A DNA stretch of 64,000 nt from Sminthopsis crassicaudata. Taxonomy: Eukaryota. The position numbers and the translations under genes were made by a program. The stretch covers positions 651,784,558-651,848,557 of the forward strand of contig NC_133619.1 in assembly GCF_048593235.1 (NCBI RefSeq). The letters run 5' to 3'. A model generated the notes under the pieces. The model saw nothing but the letters and a program-made list of their open reading frames with translations, was not told the DNA's origin and searched no databases. Below, piece by piece: positions 13,350 through 27,205 of the stretch. Positions within the stretch are counted from its first letter, which is position 1; the number at the start of each line of letters is the position of its first letter.

Positions 13350-15724
13350 GTCCAATAAAGTCTATCATCTACGGCAACTGGACTCCTGGCTCCTTCTGTC
13401 CCTTTGTGCCAGTGCCTCCCGTCAGGGGAGGGAGCGCTTTGGGGGCCCCCACACACAGCAAGCAGGGCTTGAAAGGACATTCAGTGCCATAGATTTGTCC
13501 TTAACTGAGGAAGGAAGGATTCCTAAAGTGGGATGCCTGCCTCTGAGGAGTGGTTTGTTTTCCCTCCGGGGTTAAAGTGATGTGGCCTGGGAATGGAGAG
13601 AAGGGTCAGACTACATCTGCAAACTCTATAATCTTGTGTTGAGGCCCCTGGAAGGGATGGGGGTGGAGAGAGTCTCTCCAAAGACAGAGCTTGGTCTCTG
13701 TACTGCTTTGTACCCACAGTTTGGGTGCTTAATAAATAAAATGTTGAATTTTTAAAAGCATACTTTGGTTAAAAGCCATTTAGGGTCTGGTGTTGGCCAT
13801 AGGATTTTTGTTTCCTTACCATCGGGTCCTATCAAACCCAGGTTGTACCATCCTGAACTCTTGTGCTAAAGTGCTTTTTCCTTTGCCATCATCAGAAAGC
13901 CATTAATCATTCTCAGGGATTCTACTCCCTTCTTAGCCTCAAGTTTGTCCTCGAGGCTGAAGTTTTTCTCCTGCCCATTAGGTCCTACTTAAGCTCCGAA
14001 AAGCTGTCTCAAGTTTTCATTAGTTGGGTGCCCTGGGTCTCTGACAGCTTTAGGTCAGCTTACCCTCCAGATCACTCCCATCCTTAATCTGCTACCCAAG
14101 AAAGCACACAAGAGTAAGGACAATTTGTCACTTTTCAGGGCCCTCTCCTAATTAATTGGAAATAGCCCATGGATTGCTTCTGACTGCTTCTCCAAACCCC
14201 TTGATCCTGTTAAGATCCTATATTCCAATAGTCCCATAAGCAGAAGTCAATTCTGCTTCCCAACATCCCTGCTGTAGAGGGCCCTGGGTGTGAGGAACAA
14301 ATGTAAAATGCCTTCCAAAAGGAAGAAAATAGCCCAAGTAGGGGAGAGAACCAGCAGCTTGGTGGGAGGGTGGCTGAAGGACCTCCTTCCACATCCTGCA
14401 TCAAAGTAGGCATTGACCTCAGGGGAAATGGAATTAGAGGTTGCTGTGGGCAGGTAGCTTTCCAGGTGGCTGGGGCCTGACGGGAAATGGGAACCACTAA
14501 AATGGAGTCACCTGTAAGCACCTTGGAGGGGGGGGCGGAGTTCTGTGAGGAACTGTGTGGCTATAAAAGGGAAAGGGTTCCACACAAGCTCTGACCCGAC
14601 GGAGTTCACTTAGGCCCATTGGCCCCGAGAGGGACATGGCTAGACCCAAATTAAGCCGAATCAGGTCATGAAGTTGCCAAACTGAACAAGACTTGTGGAG
14701 AAGTGATTAACTGGAGTAGGCATGAGGTGACCCAATGGAAATAGGGAAGCTTCCATGGGAGCCGGTTGCCCAGCAAGCCCCCCAGTGCCCATTGGACGAA
14801 TTGGTGTCAACATCTTGAGCCTGATGAAAAAGTGGGAGTGAGGCCCTGAGCCTTTTAAGGGGTTGAAAGTTGGAGGAGATAGCTGATTTGCAATCTATGG
14901 GACTGATTATGATTACGGAAGTGGGGCCGCCTCACCCAAGATGGTGGGAGGGGGTGGGCATGGGGTACAGTGGTTGTGAGATGGAGGATGATGGGGAAGG
15001 GTCATTTAGGTGGTCAATGGGGTTATCAGTTCTGTGCAGCTGAGTGTTCAGGAGGGGAGGAGGCAGGAAGACATTTAATCCCAGCAGTGGCTTGGCAAAG
15101 CTGACTTGGGGAGGGGATTTGCAGGATGCAGCAGGTTCACTCAGGCGGGAACATCTCCCCCTCGACCCCATTTGTTCTTGGCAAGGATACTGGTGATGTG
15201 CCCTCTGCTTCTCGGTCTCCTTTAATGCGTGAGGAGAAAGACCAGCAAGGCTCAGAGCCCTGGCCGGGGCTACCTCCAGGCCCAGCGCTCTAATCGTTCC
15301 CCCCCACAGCCACCCCACCAGAGACTTCCAGGAAAGCCAAGCAAGAGGGCTGGGCAGCTGTGGAGAGCCAAGAAATGACAGGAGGTTAGAGTTGGGAATT
15401 CCTATTAAGGGATGAGAGCCAGCTGAGTATGAGCCCCGGGTGGGGCAGGCTGGAGCAGACTATTCAGACCCAGAAATCTGGAAGGGAAGCAGTGAGAGGG
15501 GGTCCGGGCCATCCCCCCTTCATGCTCTCCCCGGCCCCTGGGTCCTCCCTCTGCCGGCAGCACGCCAAGGCTCCTCCTGTTCACGGCCACATTACCAGAA
15601 ACAGCCTCCATTCCCCTCCGGACTCATTGCTCAGCCCTTGCCAGTCTGGCTTCTGACTTCATGAGAATCTCAAATCCCCGAGCTCATTTGGATCCTGACT
15701 CTGGGGACTGTTAATGCAGCCCGG

Positions 15725-15835
15725 GGCTCAGTGCATGGAGTGCTGCCTCTAGGCAGGAGGACCTGAGTTCAAATCCAACCTTAGACTGGCTGTGTGACTG
15801 TGAGAAGTCACAATTTACCAAGCAAACAAAAGTTA
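15725..15835 (+). mobile_element. tRNA-derived CORE/MIR-type SINE fragment
   Basis: GGAGGACCTGAGTTCAAATCC B-box motif followed by GCTGTGTGAC..GTCAC core. Confidence 0.7.
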
Positions 15836-16174
15836 AGTCCCAGCCCCTGCACTAATGTACAAGGGATGGTAGAAGAGTTCCTGCTCTGTCTGAGGGAGAC
15901 AGCATTTATCTGGGACCTGAGGGGGCAGGGAAGGCCAGAGAAAATGCTGGAGGAGCTGCCAGGTGGGCTAGAGTATGGGAAGTAAGGGGGAATGGGGGAG
16001 GGAGGCTGAAGAGGGGCCTTCAATGTCAAACAGCATCTTGGGTTGGATCCTGGAGCCAATAAGGACCTTGCTGGGTTTGATTGACTGGGGAGAGTGTGAC
16101 TGGGGCAGAACTGGGCTTCAGAAAAAGCCTTTTGATGGTTGAATGGCGGACTCAAGGTGGGGAGAGGCAGAGAG

Positions 16175-16362
16175 GCAGACAGGCTCTCATTCTTTCTCCG
16201 TCCTTCCCTCTCCCTTTCTTTCTTCCCTCCTCTCCTTCGCTCCCTCTCTCTCATCCCCTTTTCCCTCTCTGTCACTCCTTTCCCTTCCCTTCCTCTCCTC
16301 TCTGTCTCTCTCCCACTTTCTGTCCCTCCCTCCCTTTCATCTTTCTTTTCCCTTCCCTGGTT
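16175..16362. repeat. CT-rich polypyrimidine low-complexity tract
   Basis: About 190 nt almost entirely C/T. Confidence 0.9.
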
Positions 16363-16720
16363 GTGGCAAGAATTGGAAACTGAGTGGATGCCATCAGTTG
16401 GAGAATGGCTGAATAAGTTCTGATTTATGAATGCTATGGAATATTATTGTTCTGTAAGAAATGACCAGCAGCATGATTTCAGAGAGGCCTGATGCTACAT
16501 GAATTGATGCTGGGGAGATCATTGTATTCTGATGATCAATTCTGATGGACATGGCTCTCTTCCACAATAAGATATTTCATTGTATTCTGATGATCAATTC
16601 TGATGGACATGGCTCTCTTCCACAATAAGATATTTCAGAATTCCAGTAGACATAATAGAGAAGCCATTTTCACCCAGAGAGTGGACTGTGGAGACTCAGT
16701 ATGGATCACAGGGTTCCCCC
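16363..16720 (+). mobile_element. LINE-1 3' fragment containing a 58-bp perfect tandem duplication (16520-16637)
   Basis: TGGCAAGAATTGGAAACTGAG..TGGAATATTATTGTTCTGTAAGAAATGAC is typical marsupial L1 ORF2-end/3'UTR sequence (recognised from recall). Confidence 0.75.
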
Positions 16721-16724
16721 CCCT

Positions 16725-18075
16725 TTCTTCTTTTCTTTTTTTATTAAAGCTTTTTATTTTCAAAATATATACATGACTAATTTTCAACATTCATCCTTGA
16801 AATACCTTGTGTTCCAATTTTTTCCTCCCTTCCCCGTACCCCTTCTCTTTAGATGGCAAATAATCCAATATATTAATTATTCGGTACATATTTCCACAAT
16901 TATGCTGCACAAGAAAAATCAGATCAAAAGGGGAAAAAATGAGAAAGAAAACAAAATGCAAGCAAAACAATAAAAAAGGTGAAAATACTATGTGGTGATT
17001 GACATAGTTCCTCCCTTTGAATGCAACTGGCTCTCTCCATCACAAGACCATTGGAACAGGCCCGAACCACCTCATTGGTGAAGAGAGCCAAGTCCTTCAG
17101 AATTGATCATCATGTAGTATTGTTGTTGAAGCATTGCCTGGTTCTGCTCATTTCACTCGGCATCGGTTCCTGTCCGTCTCTCCAGGCCTTTCTGAAATCA
17201 TCCTGCTGGTCGTTTCTTACAGAACAATAATATTCCATAACCTTCATGTACCACAATTTACCCAGCCATCTTCCAGTTTCTGGCCATTACAAAGAGGGCT
17301 GCTGTTAAAGATTCTTACAAGGTACTAAGAAAGTGCAATTGATAGAGACTATAATGATCTAATTTAGCATGGTTCAGTATGGTTGATTGGATCGTACAAG
17401 GAGATGTTATGGGCCAGAATTTGAAACAAGGTACTGAGAGGAATTGAGGAGACAATGGTTAAATCTAGTTTAGCATTGATTTAATCCTACAACAAATAAT
17501 GGTTTCCTGGTGATGAAATGATTGGTGTGTACTCAGTGTGGAGCACATAAGGAGGCGCTGTCAGGGCCAGACCCACAAGCCCCTTCTCAGAGGAGGAGAC
17601 AGATTCATTCCATATTCCACCTTTGTGCTGCCTGGAGATTCGGAGGGAGCTGGAGGCTGCAGCTGGCAGAGACAAAGAACTAGCAGCAGGAACCAGGGAG
17701 AGAGATAGGCTTCTGTTAAAGCTAACTGGGCCCAGGAAAAGATTCAAGAATAAGAAGCAGAAAATAAAGGATCTGACTTTAGCTCCTGGCTGCATTTGGA
17801 GTGATTGAACTGAACTGAAACTAAGGCTGCTCCCGGAAGCTCCCCAGAGAATCTGCTCCCAGAGAGCATTATATTTTAGAGAAGAATATTACAGGCTGCC
17901 ACAAACATTTTTGCACATGTGGGTCCCTTTCCCTCCTTTAAAATCTCTTTGGGATCTAAGCCCAGCAGAAACACTGCTGGGTCAAAGGGCAGGCCTAGTT
18001 TGATAGCCCTTTGGGCATTGCTCCAAATCACTCTCCAGAAAGATTGGATCGGTTCACAACTCTATGAACAAGAAG
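16725..18075 (-). mobile_element. LINE-1 3' fragment, interrupted by a solo LTR
   Basis: T-tail then TTATTAAAGCTTTTTATTTTCAAA; L1 sequence stops at 17302 and resumes at 17894. A separate plus-strand L1 tail lies at ~18077-18163. Confidence 0.8.
17303..17893 (+). mobile_element. ERV solo LTR (591 bp) with 6-bp target-site duplication
   Basis: Begins TGTT, ends TACA; GGCTGC on both sides (17297-17302 and 17894-17899); internal AATAAA near 17763. Confidence 0.85.
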
Positions 18076-18167
18076 CCAAGATTTTGTAAGGGTGAATGTT
18101 GAAAACTATGCGTATGTTTTGAAAAGAAAAAGCTTTAATAACTAAAAAAAGAAAAAAACAAAAGCAC

Positions 18168-18520
18168 TCTCAGGGAGGTAGTTGATATTATCCCCATTGT
18201 ACAGATGAGCACACTGAGGAGGCGGGGTTGCAGACTTGCCCAGGCTCACAGCACTAAAGACTGTCTGAGGCTTTATTTGGATCCAGGTCTTCCTTATGTC
18301 AAGTGCAGCCCCGCGCCTCCTAGCAGCGTCTATCACAATTAGGGCCAGCTGGATGCCACAATGGGGAGAGTTAGGAAGATTTCAGACACTTATTATTAGC
18401 TCTGTGACCGCGGGCAAATCACCTGTTTGCCTCAGTTTCCTCATCTGTAAGGAAACGACAAAACACTCCATATCTTGGCTAAGAAAACGCCAGATGGCGT
18501 GGAGAAGACCGGCTTTAACT
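18168..18520. mobile_element. Two MIR/CORE-SINE fragments in opposite orientation
   Basis: Minus copy: CCCCATTGTACAGATGAG..GACTTGCCCAG. Plus copy: GCTCTGTGACC..GCCTCAGTTTCCTCATCTGTAA. Confidence 0.75.
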
Positions 18521-19479
18521 CTCCATTCTCTCACAGGGAAGGAAACAAGCTGAGATCCGAGGCCATTCCAATAGACTTGGGATGGAAAATGGCGTGCAGC
18601 CAGAAGCCTGGAGCCTGTTTTCCCCTGGGGGTTGTTTTGTTTTTCCCTTTAGGCCTGATTTTTCTTGCCCGCCCATATTTCACCCGTATCCGATTGCTCG
18701 CTGTCCTGGGGAAGGAGCTGGGGGGTTAGGGAGAGCCATGTGGGACACGGTCTTACAGAATAAAAGGGGGAAGGAAACGGGCATTTATTAAGCGCCTCCT
18801 GGGCGCGGGCACCGGCTACAGGCTTTAAGAAGACGCCGTGTTTCCCATGCGTTTAAGCTGTGCTGAATTACTCCCTGTTTGGAGAAGGGGTAGGGGGAAG
18901 GGAGGGAGAACTGGGAACGGAAGGCTTTGTAAGGGCGAGCGCTGCGCACTAGCTATGCACGTGAACGCAACAAGCCGGGGCAGCGCCTCGGACGAGCGGC
19001 CCTCGCGCGGGGGCAGACGGCTCCGCGGACTCGGAGCCAGGCCCCCGCGCTGCCGGGGGCGACGCCTGCGAGCGTGCGTGCGGGGGGGCGGGGCCCTGAG
19101 GCCGCCGTCCTCCCCGGCACCAGACGGGGGCGCCCCGCCCGCCCCAGCCTCACGCTGCGAGACCCCCAGGGGCCTCGCAAGCCCGGGCTGAGCCTTCCGT
19201 GCTGGGTGACCTTGGACGAGCCCCGGCTGCCTCGGTTCCCTGCCCGTAAAGTGGGCGCGGAGGCTGTGTGGGGGGACTAGCACAAGGGCGGCACTAAAGC
19301 CCCGGCTCCTATCCTTTCCCGGGGACTGACCCCCATAGAAAAAAAGAGGATCACGTCGAGTCTGCGCGCCCCCAGCAAGGGGAGTCAAAGGGGAGGGCCG
19401 TGGGGGGCTCCCGGGCCGCGGGGGCCTCCAGGCCGCAGACTCACAAAGAAGCGCGCCGCTTGATAGGCGGATGGAAAAG

Positions 19480-21070
<1,591 letters not shown>

Positions 21071-21498
21071 GCCCCCCTGGCGGGGGCGGGGCGCGTGTGC
21101 CAGAGTGCCCGCTGTGGCCCTGCCAGCTGCTCTGCCAATAAAGACATCCTTTCCCTATAATCCGTGTCCTGTGCCTGTGTGACCCCCGCATCCCCACCTG
21201 CTGGGGACCCTTCCCCACTGTGGTCCTCGGCGCCCCGGCCGCAGCGGGCCTTGTGGCTCTGACTGCTGAGGGTGCAGACCCTCCAGCCGCCTCCCCTCTC
21301 CCCGGCTCCGGGACGGGACCAGAGACCCCGATTCTGGGGGCTTGGGCTCAAACCTCAGCAAGACGCACAGGGCCTGTGTTCTTCTGCCTCCTGGTGGAGT
21401 CAGGGGGGCTTCTGCCCGGCCCCCCCCTTTGGAAGAGCCCACAGGCCGGGAGGAGCTGGGGAGAGGGCCTGGGGGGCCTCCTGGCTCAAGCGGCTTAC

Positions 21499-21578
21499 CC
21501 CCGACTCCCCATCCCCCACAGCCCGTACCCGGTCTCCGATGGACTCTGGTACGAGGGTTGGGAGATGGGGCTCCGGGA
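21499..21578 (-). ncRNA. MIR150: pre-miR-150 hairpin; mature 5p at 21565-21544
   Basis: Minus strand reads TCTCCCAACCCTCGTACCAGAG, pairing with GGTACGGGCTGTGGGGGATGGGG in a hairpin closed by CCCCATC/GATGGGG. Located between RPS11 and FCGRT, as in human. Confidence 0.93.
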
Positions 21579-23693
21579 CTGGCAGACGGGCTGGGCGGCT
21601 GCTGCTGCTGGCACTGGGGAGCTTTAAACCGGCCCCCCACCAATTGCCGGTGGCGCCCGCCCAGGGTGGGGGTGTGGCAGGTTCCTGTGAGAGGAAACCC
21701 AGGGGCCACATCAAAGCCCAGGCAGCAACAGGAAGTGCTCTTGGCCCCCACCCAGGATCCTGGGCTGGGGGAGACCCCACCCTTCTGTCCTGGCAAAGGG
21801 GTTCCAGTGCGGGGCACCCGAGGAGGTGGGGGGAGTGTAGCTGGCCGCCTCCAAGGCCCTGCGGAGCTCTGGCCTTCCCCAGCTCCCCCACACTCAGGGC
21901 CCAGCCCCGAGGGGCTCTCAGTGAGTGGCCAGTGGGCTCCTCACCCTCCAGCAGGGCACATTGTGGGAGTCCCCCTCTGGCACTCTGCCCAGTCAGGGAG
22001 ACAGCCCTTCCCCCAGGACCAGAGTTCAAATCCAGCTCTGACAGCTTCCACTTTGGTCTACGAAGCAGGTCTGGTAACAATGGGGCCGGGGCACTCAGAC
22101 CAGAGAGTAAATGGCAGCCCTTCTCGCTGCCCAGTGGGCGCCGGCCCTGGTTGTGGTCCTGTTGTGGGAACCCTCGGGCCGGACTGGGAAGCTGTTCTGG
22201 CAGATGTTCCAGCCCGCTGGCCAACGGCGAGCCCTTCCTGCGCTCTCCAGGCCCGGAGCGCATCCTGGGAATGGAAGGCAAGGGCCTGGAGCGACCACCC
22301 GAGGAGGACAGGGTGGGGATGGGGCGGGGAAGCTCTGGGGAGAGGGCTGAGGAACTTCCCCGGTTCTCGGGGCTGGGATCCTGCCCCCACTGCCTCCAAG
22401 GGCATAACCCTTGCCAGCCAGCACTGAGCCCTCAAGCGCTCGCCCTCGGCCCCAGAAAGTCAAAGAGCTGGGGCAGAGAGGGCACCGGCCCCGCAGACGG
22501 GTCTGAGCCTTGGTGAGCCCGAGATGCTCCAGGTCCTTTCTGCTCCAATCACCCTGGAGATTACTCCAGGAGGGGCTGGGAAGGGGAAATGAGGCTTTCT
22601 GGACACTGAAAAGACTGGGAGAATCAGTCCGCCTTTCCAGGGAGAGTCACACTTGGAGAGTCCTGCTGGTGTGCATTTATTAAGCGCCTGTGGTGTGCTG
22701 CCTAACTCCTGGAGGCAGCCCCAGGGGAGGCACTGAGGTGAAGCCAAGGTGGAACTCCAGCCGGTGGGAGGGAAGCAGGGAGAAGGGGAGCTCGGAGGTA
22801 CCACCGGAGGAAGAAAAAGGATCCCACAGCCTGCCCTGGTGTTGGCTGGAAAGTACCCAGAAAAACCAGAAGATGCAGGGTGCATAAAAATAGCCCCAAC
22901 CTTGGTTCCAAAGAAGGAGGAAGAGCTCTCAGGAGGGGGGCTCGGGGTGTGGACGCAGGGTGTGGAGCTGGTTTTGCTCAACTGCCTTTCTTTGTTTTCC
23001 TCTCAGTTTTTGTTTGTGGCAAGGGCTAGCCCAGTGGTTAGGGCAGAAGGTGTAGAAATGAAGGTGATTTGAGAACACATTGGAAAAAGGTTTTTAAGGA
23101 AACAAGTTTTGAAAGGTTCCTGGATAACGTGCAGTGGTAGTTCACTGATCCTGGCGAAGGCGGGAGGAAGGACGGGACGAGTTTGGGGTTATGAACGTGG
23201 GTGTCTGGAATGGGCGAGACCCTCAGCAGAGCTCGGGGTGTTTGGGGGACGGAGGGTCGTGACCCGCGGGGGTTTCTTTTTCCTTGCTCAGAGCTGTGAT
23301 TTCCTAAGTGAGGTGGGATTCCGCTTTCCATAACCCTTAACCTCAGGAAAGAAGGAAGAGAACACAGCAACAAGATGCTCACGTGACCAATTGGCATGGA
23401 CAGGGTGGTTCAAGTCAATTCTAAAAGGCTTGTGATGGCGAGAGCCTTCTCCCCTCCGAGACACTGTGGGGACTGAATGTGGACTACCATGCAGCGTTTC
23501 CCCTTCTTCTGTTGTTCACTTGCTTTTTCATTCTCATTTTCCCCTTTTAATCTGATTTTTCTTGTGTAGCGTGGCAATTGTGGAAATATAGAGAATTGCA
23601 CATGTTTAACATATATTGATTGATTGTGTGCTGTCTCGGGAAGGAGGAAGACTCTGGAGCCCACTATGCATCTATTTGAAAATAAACAGCTAA

Positions 23694-24159
23694 GAGTGAA
23701 AGGAGCAGAACCAGGAGATCACTGTACACTTCAACAACAATACTGGATGAGGATGTATTCTGATGGAAAATGATAACATAGAGAAGAGCTAATCCAATTC
23801 CAACTGATCACTGATGGACAGAATCAGCTACACCCAGAGAAGGAACACTGGGAAATGAGTGTAAACTGTTTGCATTTTTTGTTTTCCTCGCCAGGTTATT
23901 TTTACCTTCCGAATCCAATTCTTCCTGTGCAACAATAACTACAAAAATTCGGTTCTGCACATATACATTGTACCTAGGATATACTATAAGATATTTAATA
24001 TATATGGGAATGCCTGCCATCTAGGGGAGGAGGTGGAGGATGGGAAGGGAAACTTGGGAGCAGAAGGGAGTACAAGGGATAATGTTGTAAAAAATTACCC
24101 AGGCATATGTTCTTTAAAAAAATGTTATCATTATAAAATTAACCAAAAAAAGGAAAAAA
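23694..24159 (+). mobile_element. 5'-truncated LINE-1 insertion with 16-bp TSD
   Basis: GAAAATAAACAGCTAA at 23678-23693 and 24160-24175; A-rich tail; L1 3'UTR motifs. An opposite-strand L1 fragment lies at ~23450-23650. Confidence 0.85.
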
Positions 24160-27100
24160 GAAAATAAACAGCTAAAAGCAGATGCGATGGGGGAACGTGA
24201 CTGCTCCGGCCCACAGTTGGCCCTTTTGGGGGCAGACGGCGGTTTCTGTCGGGAGTCTGTCGAGGATGGCTGTGTCGCTGGGAAGAGCAAGGCCGCCTGG
24301 CTGATGGAGGCCGACTCTGGCCCCATTGGCTTGCAGTCTGTTCTTCCTTCTGGAAGGGGACCATGACCACAGGAAGGCGGGACTGGGACGCTTGCGTGAT
24401 ATGGATCCAAGTAAGGGAGGCCGTGCGGTCAGCCTCCTCGCTTTGGGGCCGGCCAGGATGCAGCTAAGTCACCGGGAGAGCCCACACAATGGGCAGGATG
24501 GCACCCCTGGGCGGTGGGTGGAGTACAGCTCCACCTGGTGGGCAAATTCCGTCCTACTCCCTTGCTGGATAATTAATCAAGTGGCAGCCTGCCTTTCAGT
24601 AGGCCGCAGAGAGGATTCCACAGCGGACTGCTCTTGTTTCCTCCCTCCCATGCTCGTGGCAGAGTAAAGGAAAGCAGGGACACCAGGCGGGGAGGTCCGG
24701 GAGGATCCCCTTCCCCAGTCCAAACAGGCCGCCATTCCCAGCCGTGTGCCCCGAGCAAGCCCCTTCACCCTGTTTGCCTCAGTATCCTCATCTGCAAAAT
24801 GAGCTGCAGAAACAAATGGTAAATCAGGCCAGTATCTGCCAAGAAAACCCTGAGTGGAACGCGAGTGGAAAACAAATCAGAACTTGAACTCGGAGCAGAA
24901 GTGCTGCTCTGCAGACCACAGCGGCTGCCTTCCTCTCTGGGGGCCTGGCATCTGAGGGCACGAGCACGAGCCCACCCATTTTCTGTGGGCCACTTCCTGG
25001 GGCTTCCTTGGTTACGGGAAGAAGGATGGGGCAATGGGGCGAAGCTGCAAGGAGGCAGATTTAAGCCTCACTGATGTAAGCAAAAAAAAAAGAAGAAATC
25101 CCGGCGACTGCAGCTGTCCCCGCGTGGGCCGGGCTCTTTGTAAAGGTAGCGGCTCCCTCACTGGCTGCTTTTCCTTGTGAGCAGGCTTGCAGTCGAGGAC
25201 TAGGAGGAGGACCCCCGCTGGGTACGGGAAAGGCCTCCTGTGGAGCGTGAGGCTCTCTCTGGGTCGCCAAGGAAGCCGAGGTGAGGAGGGGGTGCTCGGA
25301 AAGGCCTGGGCAGGGAAGTGGAGGCTCCTGGAGGAGCGGGAGCTATTGAGCTGAATCGGAGTGTTCTAGAAGCGGGGCGAGGGGGAAGAAGATTGGAAAG
25401 GTAGGCTTGGACAGGTTAGGAAAGCCTAGATGGCCACCAGTGGGGTTCCTATGGGACTCTAAAGGGTGCCGCTCTCTGGAGGTTACATGTGTTTCTTGGG
25501 GAAATTCCCTTTGGCAGTGGAACAACAGAGGGAGACCGGTGAGCACCGACGGGTAGTTTAAAAAACTTACAGCTGAGGAAACTGAGGTAGAAGTTAAGAG
25601 CCCCCCGTCACACAAGCAGGGGCTGATTGCGAGCTTTGGAAGCTCGGTGACGGAGAAGATGGAGCCGGTGATCGCGGAGCGAGCGGGAAAGGGTGGAAGC
25701 CGGGGCCTGGGGGGATCACCAGCTCTGGTTTGGACCCGTTGGGCTCCACGGCAGGGACGTCACGCTCCAATAGGAAGGAGCCCCACAGAGCAGACTAAGC
25801 GTCTCCCCCCCGCTGTACTGAGCCACAGGCTCGGCTCTGTTTTTAGCTATTCCCGGTTACTTTTGCCTCCTCACACTGTCTGTTCTACATTTTAATTTGT
25901 TTTGCTAATTTCTCCGTTACTTTTGTTCCTTGTGTCCCCGCGGTCTCCGTCCTGTTGTATTTAGTGTCCAACCCTCCCCGTCACTGTCCCCGCGGGCTGG
26001 CCGTGCGTGACACCCGGCGAGGGAGGTGCAGCGGCCCGGAGCTGGGGGGGCGCGTGGAAGGCAAATGGAACGGTGCGGCGAGGCAGAGCTTCGATGAGAC
26101 GGGGATTGAGCGCCTCCTCTCTGCCAGCACCGGTTCAGCAGCGGGCCCACCGTCCCCGGCCCCACGGACGGGGTCCCCAGCTCCGCGCCGGGCCGGGCCG
26201 CCCCAGCAGCCTGCGGAGGGGCGGCCCCGGAGCCCGCGAGGCTCCTCCCAGCAGGTGTTTCCGCCGAAGCCGCGGCCCCGCCCCCCGAGGCCGGTTATTT
26301 ACCTCGGGAGCGGGCGCGCGCTTGGCTCCACCCCGCTGTTTTTGTGACTTGGGCTCCCACGGGGCCAGAGGGGGCGGACCCCGGCGGAAGCCCGGCCCCT
26401 TTCCCGCCCTAGTCCCCCCCCCTCACTCCCCACCCCTCCCTCGGAAAAAGTACCGATCGCCCGGTCCCGCACAGTCCCGGGCCAGATAGACAGGCAGAGC
26501 CCCGCCCCGCCCCCCGCTGCCCGAGGTGTCCGTCAGGAGGGCCGGGGCTGGCAGCCCGACGGGCGAGGCTGGCCTTTGACCTTGGGCACAAGCTGTCCCT
26601 CTGCAGTTCGGGACGTTAGAGGGGGAGGGAGGGCAGTTTTGGCCAGGTCTCCGCCCACTCCCTGAGGGGAAGTGGGCCAGGGGCCATTCCGGGAAGGGAG
26701 GCGGGGTGGGGGGCCAGGCGCAGAAGGAGCTGGAGTGGAACGGAAGCGGGAGAGGCCGAGCTCCAGCCGGGGTGGGCTGGGTGGGGGAGGCAGGATGCAG
26801 TAGGGGAAGTGCCCGAGGTCTGTCACGAGAGTCCTTGGCCAGCGCCAGCGAGGCGGGCCGGACGGGCGACTCGGGAGGGACGCGGACTTCGGAGTGCCCC
26901 GAGGGGGCGGGGAGCGCGGCTGCCCGGGGCAGGAGGGACGAGGCCGGGCCCGAGGGTCCTGGGGGGCGTGGCCGGGCTCCGGGATCCCCCTGCGGCAAGT
27001 GGGGAAGGCTGGGCAGAGGCCGAGGGGTTCTCCTGGGGGCTAGCTCCGGGCCCCTTGTGGGCCTCCCTGGGTGGGGGGGGATCCATGGCTTTCCTGTAGT

Positions 27101-27205
27101 GGCTCTTGGGAGGGCCTTTCCCGTTCCTGCTGGGTGCACTGGTTCTGGTCAGGTAGCCCAGGCCCTGTGGGGCCTGTGACTCAGTTTCTCCCTTCAGGTC
27201 TCACA

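Noticed and set aside
14932-15664. Novel protein gene in the RPL13A-RPS11 spacer
   Set aside because: Short ORFs with no recognisable motif or coherent splice chain.
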